A stretch of 63,949 nucleotides of DNA, counting the filler, from Octopus bimaculoides (taxonomy: Eukaryota), in NCBI RefSeq assembly GCF_001194135.2. It is 4 parts of 3 records of this genome, joined end to end, with 100 filler letters (N's around TTAATTAATTAA, not from the genome) between each part and the next. Parts side by side here need not be neighbours in the genome. Positions count along the whole stretch, not along the records: positions 23,525 to 44,726 come from NC_068981.1; positions 44,827 to 62,182 come from NC_068990.1; 2 more parts are not named here. The stretch is one strand, 5' to 3'. The notes under the pieces are model-generated. The model was not told where the DNA came from and made no database searches. It was given only the letters and a program-made list of their open reading frames with translations. The translations under genes and the position numbers were made by a program. This document shows, piece by piece, positions 40,331 to 53,225 of this stretch; position 1 is the first letter of the stretch; the number at the start of each line of letters is the position of its first letter.

Positions 40331-41699
40331 NNNNNNNNNNNNNNNNNNNNNNNNNNNNNNNNNNNNNNNNNNNNNNNNNNNNNNNNNNNNNNNNNNNNNN
40401 NNNNNNNNNNNNNNNNNNNNNNNNNNNNNNNNNNNNNNNNNNNNNNNNNNNNNNNNNNNNNNNNNNNNNNNNNNNNNNNNNNNNNNNNNNNNNNNNNNNN
40501 NNNNNNNNNNNNNNNNNNNNNNNNNNNNNNNNNNNNNNNNNNNNNNNNNNNNNNNNNNNNNNNNNNNNNNNNNNNNNNNNNNNNNNNNNNNNNNNNNNNN
40601 NNNNNNNNNNNNNNNNNNNNNNNNNNNNNNNNNNNNNNNNNNNNNNNNNNNNNNNNNNNNNNNNNNNNNNNNNNNNNNNNNNNNNNNNNNNNNNNNNNNN
40701 NNNNNNNNNNNNNNNNNNNNNNNNNNNNNNNNNNNNNNNNNNNNNNNNNNNNNNNNNNNNNNNNNNNNNNNNNNNNNNNNNNNNNNNNNNNNNNNNNNNN
40801 NNNNNNNNNNNNNNNNNNNNNNNNNNNNNNNNNNNNNNNNNNNNNNNNNNNNNNNNNNNNNNNNNNNNNNNNNNNNNNNNNNNNNNNNNNNNNNNNNNNN
40901 NNNNNNNNNNNNNNNNNNNNNNNNNNNNNNNNNNNNNNNNNNNNNNNNNNNNNNNNNNNNNNNNNNNNNNNNNNNNNNNNNNNNNNNNNNNNNNNNNTTT
41001 TTTTTTTTTTTTTTTTTTTTTTTGTAAAGGAAACGAAAATAAGTCACAGGAAAACTTGAAGGAGGATTCAGATTACATTAAAAAAACATTTCTTCACACA
41101 TAAGGTTGTATTGAAAAGAGCGAATCTGTAAGATCCTATGAAACTGATGATGCTTCGCGCACATAAAGTTCACTAACTGAATTAGACTTCTCTTCTTTGC
41201 GGCAAACTAATTATCGGACAGGACTTTTCAGCATTTCTACACTGGAGGATCCTGTCCGAAATATTAGTTTTCTCTTCTTCCTCACAACAAACTAACATTC
41301 TCTACTGTTTTTAAGGGTTAAAGATATAACTGAACAAACCAACAGATTAAGAAGGCGAAGTAGACCTTGACTGGCTTGAAACTTGGCACCAGACTAATTA
41401 TCATTCTTCTCCTATACCAATTTTCTAAAACCTTATAAATGATTATAATCATGGTTATTATTAATATATAAATAATTGCTTATTATATAAGCATGAATCT
41501 TCGGATTTTAGGGGAGAAGAATAGAAAGATACAGTATTCTTGCCTCTTTTAAAGGCACTGGTTTTGTAATGAATTAAAATAGATCTAATCAAAGAATAAA
41601 ATTTGGATGTTTATCCAAATCACTGGATGCTAACCGCTATTCTACAACATTAATTAGAATGCTGTTCAAATCTACGTGCATAATAAAAAAAATTAACTG

Positions 41700-41840
41700 C
41701 AATATTTCTCAAGATGCCGCCGAGGTCTTTCATCATTTCGGGGTCGATAAATTACGTACCAGTTGCATAATGGTATCGATCTAGACGACTGGCCCCCTCC
41801 CCACAAATTTCAGGCCTTGTGCCTAGAGTAGAAAATAATT
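41700..41840 (+). mobile_element. SINE family B, 3' part with tail type A
   Basis: gccgaggtc...ggggtcgataaatt...ggccccctcccc...ccttgtgcctagagtagaaaa. Confidence 0.85.
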
Positions 41841-41934
41841 TTAATGAGGAGCGGCAGCATTTTAATGGGGTGTGGGACTTCAGAAGGTAAGCAGCAATTT
41901 AATAAAACTTGCAAAAAATATTTTTTATTAAAGC

Positions 41935-41980
<46 letters not shown>

Positions 41981-43311
41981 NNNNNNNNNNTTACAAATGG
42001 AGAATCAAGGCACCAAGTGATGTGGTATAATTCAAAAAAGCAGAATTTCTCTTACATACATGTGAAAAAAAACTCATGTGGCGATAAAGGAAAATTTATC
42101 GAAGTCGATGAAACCACGTCGTTTCGTCATGTATATTTCTACGAAGGAAGGTTTTCACGGAATGTGAAAGAGTTACAAAGTCTAACATAGTGGAATAATT
42201 ACGCAAACTACACCGCTCTTCCTCTACGTCGTGGAAGAGTGTGAGAGAGAAATGGGGATGCGTGTCAGAGAGTGTGACTGTGTGAGAGAATTACCTGTTC
42301 ACTGCTTTGCGATAAAGCAAGCACAGACTCCTGCCACGACTCCGACGATTTTTATTGGACAGTAGGTTTTTTGGGGTTTTTTTTCATAATGTCAGACAAA
42401 TGAAATTAACGCGCGGACATAGTAAAAATTATAGATTAGCCGAAATACGAGTCATGATTGGTTTTTATGTGGTTCGCGATCAGAAACCCAAGCAATAAAG
42501 TATTAATGCCAAGTCAGAAGAAACACACGCATTGCTGCAAAAGCGCGAAGTTCAAACTGTTTGTGTAGCCAACAAGATCCAAGAAATGAAGGCAAGCTGT
42601 CTACCTCAGTATTAATTTATAACACTATTACAAAATGAATTTTAAAAATAAGTACTTGGAGAATTTAACAGTCTATACGTAATTTAAATGGCTAGCGTGA
42701 ATTTGAAATAGTTTTGAAGCTATCTGAGAAACAAAAATTCTTCAGGACAACAACAGTATTCAAATTGTATACTTTGAGTGTGGTTGCCTTTATACTGCAG
42801 AAGGTGGTTACCTAGCAGTTAGAATATGAACAAAGTTATTTAGGTCGGTGCTTAGTTCCGGATTCAGTAGTGTTAAAACTGTTATGAGATGAATCTTTCA
42901 TCTCAAATAACACTTCCAGAAGATCTAATACCAATTCTTGACAATTAAGTAAAATATGTTCTGTGCAATAAAACAATGAAACTCTTCTGTGAATTTGACC
43001 TATAAGTTGTGTATTCAATACATTTAACAGCAGAGATATTTCGCCTCTACGTTGGCGAAATTTCCGCCAATAATGAAATTAAGAATAACATTTTTTTCTC
43101 TTTTGTTATTCTTCGAAATAATTTGGTAACTTCAACTTCTTTTACTTGTTCACGAAATATAAATTACAAAGTTAGAACTATATTACGAGTGTAGGTGGAT
43201 TTGATTCTAAACCAAGAACAACTTCTCAACAACCAGACTGACTATTATTTTACATAGCAACGCAGCTCTCTTTGTGCGTAATATAAGTTAGCCAGACTAA
43301 TAAATAAGAAT

Positions 43312-43567
43312 TTAATGTATAGGTGTGTGGCGACCGTACTGTACGTGTGTGTGTTTGGAGGATTTGTATGTTGAGAATTTTGTATGTTGCAAGACGAAAA
43401 CGTTGCTGTTGCTGCAAGTAGTAGTAGCGCTGCTACTGTTACAACTGCTTCTTGCCAATGCGGGATGTCTTCCACTGTCGAATGACTTGCTAAATATGAC
43501 AACCAAGTCTCCCTCGAATCGCACTTGGCCGTCTTTTAAGAGGAAGGACATCCTGACAGGAAATTAG
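43312..43567. other. Coding-looking island with overlapping ORFs on both strands; strong minus-strand acceptor at 43552
   Basis: Minus: ctaatttcctgtcag|G-ATG then MSFLLKDGQVRFEGDLVVIF... Plus: hydrophobic run LLLLQVVVALLLLQLLLANAG with NMT and NRT sequons. Strand unresolved. Confidence 0.35.
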
Positions 43568-44526
43568 GTATACAAAAACACGGTATAGTTATGCTTGGAA
43601 TATGTTTTATCTTTGTTATCTCTCTTATCTTTATTTATCCACTTGCTCTCACTTTGTTTAGGATATACGTAACTCTAGACAAAGCGAATACTCCTCTGCA
43701 CTAAATCTAACGAAAGACCGGTGTGTCTAGAAGACACATTCTCTTGTACCGTTTACATAATAAATATATTGTATTTTCGTCTATTTTTCTTGAGTATTTA
43801 TATACTCTGAAAAGTACGTCTGAGAAGTCACACTTGTAGTTAGGAGATAAAAAATAGAATCACTGGCTCAATTAACAATTCTGTCCAAGAACTAACGAAA
43901 ATACCCAGGTAGACGTTCTGCATGAAAATCAAATTACATTTCTCAATCATCTTTGTCTGGACAGTATTAGTTAAGACTATACTTGTCACCTTACTGCCAG
44001 TGCCGTCTTAAGGCATCGCCACACTGGGCAGTTGTCCGGGAGCCTCACAAGTCTAAGGGCCCAATACTGATTTATATGTACCGTGGCTTGCTGTCAATAT
44101 ATAGATACTATAGGGCATTGATTAGCCAGAGGGAGGAGCCTGTAATGTTGCTAAGATGGTCCTGCCTACTGCCAAGGTCAAATTCATTCCCCCACTGCAT
44201 TGCACACAATAGATTTTATTAACTGGAATTGTGGGGCTGTCAGTCGGTCTTTCTTGACTAGAAATGAAAATGAACCTAACAATTGCTTCTTCTCACCACC
44301 TGTGTACGATAAAGTTTTCTTGGGTCCCTATTTTCATTTGTCTTAGCTTCTTGAAGCACTGCCTCTTGCGATTACCCCTTAGGCAAAGCATTAGTTGTCT
44401 TTTAGACTGGGAAGTTCCGGCCAGACCATTTCATTTAACTTTACATCAACGCTGGTGTACTCCACGGTTCGATTATATTTCCAACACTCTGTCTTGTTTA
44501 GTTTAATGAGCTGCTATTTGCTGTTA

Positions 44527-44714
44527 CGGATCTTTTTTAAAACGGGGGCCACATTTTTCATTAACGAAACACTTTGAAACTTGGAACACTGGTAGAATGT
44601 GTCATATAAAACATCTTTTTCGGATCTTTTTTAAAACGGGGGCCACATTTTTCATTAACGAAACACTTTGAAACTTGGAACACTGGTAGAATGTGTCATA
44701 TAAAACATCTTTTT
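44527..44714. repeat. Exact 94-bp tandem duplication beside a gap
   Basis: 44527-44620 is identical to 44621-44714. Confidence 0.9.
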
Positions 44715-44886
44715 CTCTTAGTCTTCNNNNNNNNNNNNNNNNNNNNNNNNNNNNNNNNNNNNNNNNNNNNTTAATTAATTAANNNNNNNNNNNNNNNNNN
44801 NNNNNNNNNNNNNNNNNNNNNNNNNNTATATGTATGTGTGCGTGTATATGTGCGTGATTGTTTGTGTGTTTGTGTGTGTTTGTGCG

Positions 44887-44921
<35 letters not shown>

Positions 44922-46163
44922 TCATGTGCATCCCTAACCCTACTTGACGACCGGTGTTACTTTGTTTACGTTCCCGTAAAGAAAACAACTTCGACCCGAA
45001 GGAAAAAAAGTACAAAGAACATAGAAAACAAATCCGTGAGTTAAATAAAGCATAAGCATTAGTGTCGATGTTTACGACTAAAATCATTCAAGATCGTGCT
45101 CCAGAATGACCGTAGTCCAATGCCTGAAACAAGTAAAAGACGAAGGGAAAAAGAAAGATGAATAAAAATCGCGTCAATAAACTAAAGAAATGGGAAGAAA
45201 GCTTTATTTCTCTGTTGACCTCGTCACCTCGTATTTATTGCTTTGTTAGATTGCTGACTTGTCCTTGGGTTGCTTCGTTGTTCTATTGACTTGTTGCTTT
45301 ATTGACAACGAGTATTACTTCTGAGTCAGAATTGCCAAAGTATCACAGAAGTAGAAGCAGAGGTGGGCACTAAAGTACAGAAAGAGAAAAATAAAGAAAC
45401 AACTGATAACATGAGAGGTAAAATAGTGGATGGTGTGTTTGTGTGTATGTGTGTGTGTATGTGTGTCAGTGAACTGGGAATGCAAAAGCGATTGCTGGAG
45501 CTAATGAATACAGCTAAGATAGGAAGGTAAAGTATACGATGTATATGTATAGCTATCGTAAACATACAGCTAGTCAGAAATGGTGGGATAACAGCGGCGC
45601 CCTACCCTACTTTCTGTTGAATATATGAGTCATATCGTATAGAAGTGAAGAGACTGTGACATGTACGTGTGATGGGGGTTTGAGAATCATAATTACAGCA
45701 AACATTTATTGATTTATGTCTCTTATCTTTTCTGTTTCTCTTCCTCTGTTAATTTTGATGTAGTTCATTGTTGTGGGGCACATATGTTGTATAAACGACA
45801 GCCTACAAATAAAGTGTTTTATTTGTATATCTATATGTATGTATGTAGTGTGTCTTTGTTAGACTGTAAAGTGTCCCCCCTCTCTCTCTCACTCTCCCCC
45901 TCGCTCTCTCTCTCTCTCTTTCTCTTTCTTCTCTCTTTCTCTTTCTTCTCTCTTTCTCTTTCTTCTCTCTTTCTCTTTCTTCTCTCTTTCTCTTTCTTCT
46001 CTCTTTCTCTTTCTTATCTCTTTGTTTTTCTGTGCAGCTTGTTTCTGTCTTTCTCGTTTATGCAGTTATCTCCTCTGAACATCTTGTGATGGAAGATAAA
46101 GTACATCTAAATTTATCCTATCACCACTAAATAGCAAAAGCATTCAGTTACATGTGATGACAG

Positions 46164-46230
<67 letters not shown>

Positions 46231-48266
46231 CACACACCTACGCACGCACGCAAACACACATACATACACACACACACACACTCAAAAACATGCATAATTA
46301 TCTCTCTGATTCTCCTTTTTTCTGTATTTTATATATATACACACACACGCACACATATACATATATGTATATGTACACATACGCACACATACATATATAC
46401 ATATACATATATGTAGATCAGTGTGTCTATATATATATGTGCGTGTGTATGTATGCTTGAGTGCGTGCCTGTATATATATATATATATATATATGCGAGT
46501 AAAAATAAATACAAAAAAAGGGGGGNNNNNNNNNNNNNNNNNNNNNNNNNNNNNNNNNNNNNNNNNNNNNNNNNNNNNNNNNNNNNNNNNNNNNNNNNNN
46601 NNNNNNNNNNNNNNNNNNNNNNNNNNNNNNNNNNNNNNNNNNNNNNNNNNNNNNNNNNNNNNNNNNNNNNNNNNNNNNNNNNNNNNNNNNNNNNNNNNNN
46701 NNNNNNNNNNNNNNNNNNNNNNNNNNNNNNNNNNNNNNNNNNNNNNNNNNNNNNNNNNNNNNNNNNNNNNNNNNNNNNNNNNNNNNNNNNNNNNNNNNNN
46801 NNNNNNNNNNNNNNNNNNNNNNNNNNNNNNNNNNNNNNNNNNNNNNNNTGTATATATATATATATATATATATATAAACATGTGTGTGCGTGTGGGTGTG
46901 GGTGTGTGTGCACTCAGAAAAATAACCCAATTAATGCCTGTTCGATCATTAGTGTTTTCGATGCTTAAGTAGTTTGCATCACAATTTGAAAACCTTATAT
47001 ATAGACCTCGTTTAATGCAGAGCACGGTGGTGTCTTTACCGACTTCCAGTAGACCGTAGCACACGAAAATCAGAATAAAGAAACTGATAGAGGAGTAAAG
47101 GAATGAACAAGCCATCACTTGGTATGTGCAACAGGTAAGCAAACTAACGGGAATTGATAACGTTAGGTTTGTAGGCTTACCCATATGCTTCGTGTTGCAG
47201 CTACGTACGTTTATCTTTTACTCGTTTCAATCGTCAGTCTGCGTTCATGCTGGCGCAATGTTATTTAGGGCTTTAGTTGGCCATATTTAACACTAGTATG
47301 TATTTTTTTTTTCAGTTTGGTAGATATTTCTTTGCCGAACCGCTAAGTTACAGGGAAGTAGGCACATTAACACGGGTTCTCAAGTTGTGATGGGGCGGGG
47401 GATACACAAACACAAACACAAACACACGCGTACATAAATACATACATGTGTGTGTGTATGCATGTATATATATATATATATATATNNNNNNNNNNNNNNN
47501 NNNNNNNNNNNNNNNNNNNNNNNNNNNNNNNNNNNNNNNNNNNNNNNNNNNNNNNNNNNNNNNNNNNNNNNNNNNNNNNNNNNNNNNNNNNNNNNNNNNN
47601 NNNNNNNNNNNNNNNNNNNNNNNNNNNNNNNNNNNNNNNNNNNNNNNNNNNNNNNNNNNNNNNNNNNNNNNNNNNNNNNNNNNNNNNNNNNNNNNNNNNN
47701 NNNNNNNNNNNNNNNNNNNNNNNNNNNNNNNNNNNNNNNNNNNNNNNNNNNNNNNNNNNNNNNNNNNNNNNNNNNNNNNNNNNNNNNNNNNNNNNNNNNN
47801 NNNNNNNNNNNNNNNNNNNNNNNNNNNNNNNNNNNNNNNNNNNNNNNNNNNNNNNNNNNNNNNNNNNNNNNNNNNNNNNNNNNNNNNNNNNNNNNNNNNN
47901 NNNNNNNNNNNNNNNNNNNNNNNNNNNNNNNNNNNNNNNNNNNNNNNNNNNNNNNNNNNNNNNNNNNNNNNNNNNNNNNNNNNNNNNNNNNNNNNNNNNN
48001 NNNNNNNNNNNNNNNNNNNNNNNNNNNNNNNNNNNNNNNNNNNNNNNNNNNNNNNNNNNNNNNNNNNNNNNNNNNNNNNNNNNNNNNNNNNNNNNNNNNN
48101 NNNNNNNNNNNNNNNNNNNNNNNNNNNNNNNNNNNNNNNNNNNNNNNNNNNNNNNNNNNNNNNNNNNNNNNNNNNNNNNNNNNNNNNNNNNNNNNNNNNN
48201 NNNNNNNNNNNNNNNNNNNNNNNNNNNNNNNNNNNNNNNNNNNNATATATATATATATACACATAT

Positions 48267-48481
48267 CAGGGAAGTGTCGCCGAGGTTGGCAAGGTAGGCA
48301 GTGCCTACCCTGAATAGAATAGATCGATAGCAACATTTTCCTTTCATGGCAAAATATGCACCTAATTCAGTAAGATTATGAAGGTCAGTCTGACTACTAC
48401 GCATAAAATGCACAATGCTTTATTATATTTTATTTTATTTATGTATTAATTTTTAGATTAGGTAGGCATAATTCGCCCCTG
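48267..48481. mobile_element. Possible MITE
   Basis: CAGGG...CCCTG termini; subterminal ggtaggca near both ends; hairpin ggtaggca-g-tgcctacc. Confidence 0.35.
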
Positions 48482-49452
48482 ATTTTCAATCTCAGTATTT
48501 AAGCTACGCATAGTACTGCTGTAGTACACGTGCTACGTACACTTCTACAACACCGTTTTCTTTACGTGCTATAAAGGCAGAAATAGATCTGCCTTCACAA
48601 CACAGTCGCGTGCCTGTGTTTCGCTTTACGTCGCAACATCTTAAAGATTTGGCAAAAATGACTAATGGAATAAATATTAGACTTGAAAAAAGATAAGCAG
48701 TGGCGTCGATTTGTTCAACTGGAACACGTTAAGACGCTATTCCAGCATGGCCACAGTCTAATAACTGAAAGAAAGCTTAGAGTAAAATTTAAAGCAGCAA
48801 TGGGCATATGATGAGGATGATCAGGATGAGGAAAAAGATAAAGTTGATTCACTCGAAAACTAATTCTCAAAGAAAATGATTCTATTTAAAATTAATTTTT
48901 GAAGATGGAAAGGACAAAGCAATTACATGCAAATCTGAATATATATAAAACGAATAAAGTGAGAGCTATGAAGGTCAGAAGAAAAACTGAAAATGCTGGC
49001 AGCTGCCATAATATCTCACTCAAAGAGAAGATGAAAGGAAAATCAAAGGAGATATTCCTTTTACTGTATTTAAAACAAAACAATATAGCCATTTGTTTTA
49101 TAATACGCTGATGTAAGTCAATAAACGAGTAAAACATGAAACTGAGACCAATTCGTTTATTTCCTTCGTTGTTTATATCGATTTTCAAACGCACTTTTCC
49201 GTAAGGTGTAACAGAAAATTAAAAATTTAGTAGTTTTTGAAATTTAGACATCAGCTGGGATTATTACATGTATTTATATATTCGAAAATAGCACCGTAGT
49301 GTGGTATGCATTACATACAATGATCAAAGTATTCTGGTACATACATACGTACATACATACATGATACATACATACATACATACATACATACATACATACA
49401 TACATTCATACATATATACATACATACATGCATACATACATGCATACATACA

Positions 49453-49483
<31 letters not shown>

Positions 49484-49559
49484 GCACGAACACTCATATA
49501 CAATCGTACGTACACACCTATATATATATATATACGGGCATATATATGTATCCCAGTAT

Positions 49560-49860
49560 GAATGAGGGTAGGTGGCCCAGTGGTTATGGTGTTGCACTCT
49601 CGATTGCAAGATCGATGTTTCGGTTCCCGGGTGAGGTGATGCTTTGTGTTCTTGTCCAAAAGACTTCATTCACGTTGCTCTGCCATCACTTCAACATCTG
49701 ACGAGTGGCACATCGTGAAACTATCCAGGCAATGTCAGTTTGATGGAGGGGGAGAGCTTATGTACAACACACGCATTTAGTCACTGTAAACAAATCATCT
49801 GTGCAGGTTAATCCACAGGAAATTGCGGATCCCTCAGCTGCCATCTACAAGAGAGTCCGT
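49560..49860 (+). mobile_element. tRNA-derived SINE, family C-like head with a different body
   Basis: tggcccagtggtt (A box)...gtttcggttccc...gtgttcttg...ttcacgttgctc. Confidence 0.7.
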
Positions 49861-50962
49861 AATGAATGAACGAACGAACGAACGTACGCATGTATGTACG
49901 TACGTACGTACGTACGTATGTATGTATGTATGTATGTATGTATGTCATTATTCAGTTTATTTCAAGATATTTTTCCAATAGACAAAGAACCGGTTTCTTA
50001 TTTCTTTATTGCCTACAAGAGGCTAAACATAGAGGGGACAAACTGTCTAAGTTGCATATTAGACAGGCTCATATATATTTAAATATGTATGTATGCATGT
50101 ATGTATGTGTGTATATGTATGTATATACATACATATGAATATATATACATATATACAGAAATAAGGATGGGATGTTAGCAAATTTTTCAACCGAAAGACA
50201 AAAATATATACGTCATCAAAGCGACTGAGGGCGCTATTAAGCACCAATATTGCTAGAAATAAGAGTAAAAAACAACTCATAGACACAATAACGCACCGTT
50301 TTGTTTACACATACGCGCTCGCGCACACGTATATATTACTTGAAGAATTGCGATTTTGAAGAAATAGCATAGTAATAAACAAATGTTTAGAGCACCTCGT
50401 AAACCATTCTGTATCCAAATTCCAGTCGTGTATTACGCAATATTTGGCCTCCAGTTTTCTCTTGGTATTATATACATTTGAATAATTTACATGTTGTATA
50501 TCCGAAAGTAGAGTGGAACATGACAGTTGAAGCTCTTCTTTAATTCCAATTGTAACATCATGATTTGCATGTTCCTTTACCCGTGTTTCACTCGCGAATT
50601 ACGTTATGCGACAATCGTTATATGGACGATTACATAAGAACATTGAAACTCAGATTTCCAAAAATAAATGGTAGCTTAATCTATTGTTATTTACTAACGT
50701 CAGTTGCTTGACAGTGTTATGTATAAACCTAAGAGAAAAATCTTTTTATAAAGGTTAAGAAAATGAAAGATATTATTTTCATTTTATAGGTGATGTAAAG
50801 ACAATGAGAAAAGATTACTTTAGTCATGATATCTAGCGAAGGGAAGGTTAGCTCTCTAAGTCACCATAAAATCAACGAAAATTTTAAGTTAACAATGATA
50901 AATGGCTTAGATGGCAGTAGTGAGGAGAGCTGTCAGGATCCTCATTAAAGAAAGCAGCCGTA

Positions 50963-51082
50963 TGTATATACGCACTCGTACGTATATACGCACTCGTACG
51001 TATATACGCACTCGTACGTATATACGCACTCGTACGTATATACGCACTCGCACGTATATACGCACTCGCACGTATATACGCA
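50963..51082. repeat. 18-bp minisatellite (CGTATATACGCACTCGTA) x ~6.7
   Basis: Read directly; the last two full units end CGCA. Confidence 0.95.
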
Positions 51083-51124
51083 GGTTCACATAAAGTTAGA
51101 AGCATATTTTTTTTTATTTAAAAA

Positions 51125-51480
51125 TTTATTTATGGGTTTCAGCCAAGTGGCTGTGGTCATGCTGGAGCACCACCGTGGCTTTCCGCCTTTATGCTGTGCT
51201 CTCTTCACGTTCTTTGCATGGCTCTTCTCCTCCACCTGATATAGTTCAATCAAGAGTTTTGATGGCACATCTGGTGTATAAGAGAATTTGACATCGCTGC
51301 CCTAAACTGTGTCTCATTTCGAGCCATTGGTTCGCCTGGTATCGTGAAGAGGAAAGCGTCGAGTTTTGCCTTGAAGACCTCTATATCCATGTCTTGCAGG
51401 TCTCTCAAATGTTTTGGCAGGGTATTAAAGAGCTGAAGTCCTCTGAAACCGAGGCTGCTGCAGTACCTCGTTCTTATGTA
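51125..51480 (-). mobile_element. CR1/L2-like LINE 3' end
   Basis: LGFRGLQLFNTLPKHLRDL...FKAKLDAFLFTIPGEP...NSLIHQ, followed by a 3'UTR ending ggtggtgctccagcatgaccacagcc-actt-ggctgaaac...aataaa. Confidence 0.85.
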
Positions 51481-52992
51481 TAACTTAGTTTGTATTTTCC
51501 TATAGCTATACATGAATGTATATATCCATACGCCTAAATACATATCCACCCATCTACGAACGGTCGTATAAGTTCAAATACACTTTCGTATGCATATTCA
51601 AGCAGTTCCTATCTGCCTCTCTGTCCACAATTATACGCACATACACACGCACCCAACTTGAAAAATAAAACTGAAAAATATATAATATAAAATAGAGTAG
51701 CAACTTTAGAGACAGTTATTAATTCTCGTTTAAATAAAATTAAAAGATTTTGAACGAATATTAGGTTTAGCAAAGTATTGTGGTTGCTGTAGGGTACATC
51801 AAAGCGGGTAAATTACTTCTATGTCGAGAGTGAGTTCAACACACTCGACTCACGGATGCAGAGGATTCTAGAACACCGGCTTTTCGACATATTGGACCTC
51901 ATCAGTCAGAAGTATTCCTCATCTTTGGGTCTGGCTGAGTAGCTGGTATTTGTTTATACTTCCAGCGATAATAATGTTTGCTGATAAGTGCTTATATCCG
52001 TCAATCGATATAAAATCGCTATTTTCTCCGTGTGCAGCGAGATAAAATGAATATTTTACAAATTTATTCTTAATACATCAACTTAAGTTCAGGCGCAAAA
52101 TATGCTAGCGGCTGTAATGTACCTCAAAGGAGAACTACCTCTTTTTATGACGATTTAAAAAATTTGGTCGTTAGATAAATTAGTGACCAAATGCGTTATG
52201 TTATTGAAACTAGAATTGAGGGATAAAGTTGACTTTAGCGGTATTTGAACTCAGAACCAATTTTCCGGTGTTCTAATGATTTTTTTCCTTTGCACAAAAT
52301 AAAAGTTATAAAACAGCTCTGAGAAAGGCTGAACAAAGCATTTATGAATTTTATAGCACTTTTACTAATTTTAATAAAACAAAAACAAAAGAAAGATCAT
52401 ACAGGCAATTCAAGTAAGGGAAATTAAAAGGGATGAAGTATTCATGAACTTTGGTCCAAATGCTTACAACAGAGTTAACTCATCTAAAAGGATCCAAGGA
52501 CCAGTTTATGTTAAACCTGGCAACGGTTGATGGACTTGAAATCCAGAACTAGTTAAAATTTCATACGGTGTCTTTTCGCAGATTTTGTCTATAAAATTCC
52601 ACACGCAATGCTTCCGTTGACTCGAAGCTATGAAAGAAAACACTTTCCTAACAGGTCGCGCTGTGGAATCGATCTCGGACCTATATTAATGTGAAGCATT
52701 AATTTCATAACTACACAACTTGCTGTGAAATACTGTATCTGTAACTTGTCTTAGGGATTGAGCTGCATCCATGCTGTGGCACCGCTTTGAAGGGTTTTCG
52801 TAGAACAAAATGACCCTGGAACTTTTTTTTTAGGTCTGGTATTTAATCCACTGGAACTTTAGTCGAAACGTTAATTTACGGTGATGTAAACAAACCAACA
52901 CCGGTTGTCAAAGTGGTGGAGAAGCCGCGCGCACACACACACACATATATATATATATATACGTATATACACGAAATGTTTCATTTAGTTTC

Positions 52993-53225
52993 CTATTTCT
53001 TTATTGCCCATAAAGGGCTAAACATAGAGGGGACAAACAAGGACAGACAAAGAGATTAAGTCGATTACATCTACCCCAGTGCGTAGCTGGTGCTTAATTT
53101 ATCGACCCCGAAAGGATGAAAGGCAAAGTCGACCTCGGCAGAATTTGAACTCAGAACGTAGCGGCAGACGAAATACTGCTAAGTATTTCGCCCGGCGTGC
53201 TAACGTTTCTGCCAGCTCGCCGCTT
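52993..53225 (-). mobile_element. Complete family-B SINE with Tx1-type tail, inserted into a family-A SINE
   Basis: 14-bp TSD tttcatttagtttc at 52979-52992 and 53226-53239. Host SINE A halves lie at ~52755-52960 and ~53240-53385. Confidence 0.9.

Noticed and set aside
44527-44714. Exact 94-bp tandem duplication
   Set aside because: Zero mismatches and abutting a gap; most likely a contig-end assembly artefact.
50963-51082. CRISPR-like array
   Set aside because: Units are contiguous with no unique spacers, in eukaryotic context, with no cas genes.
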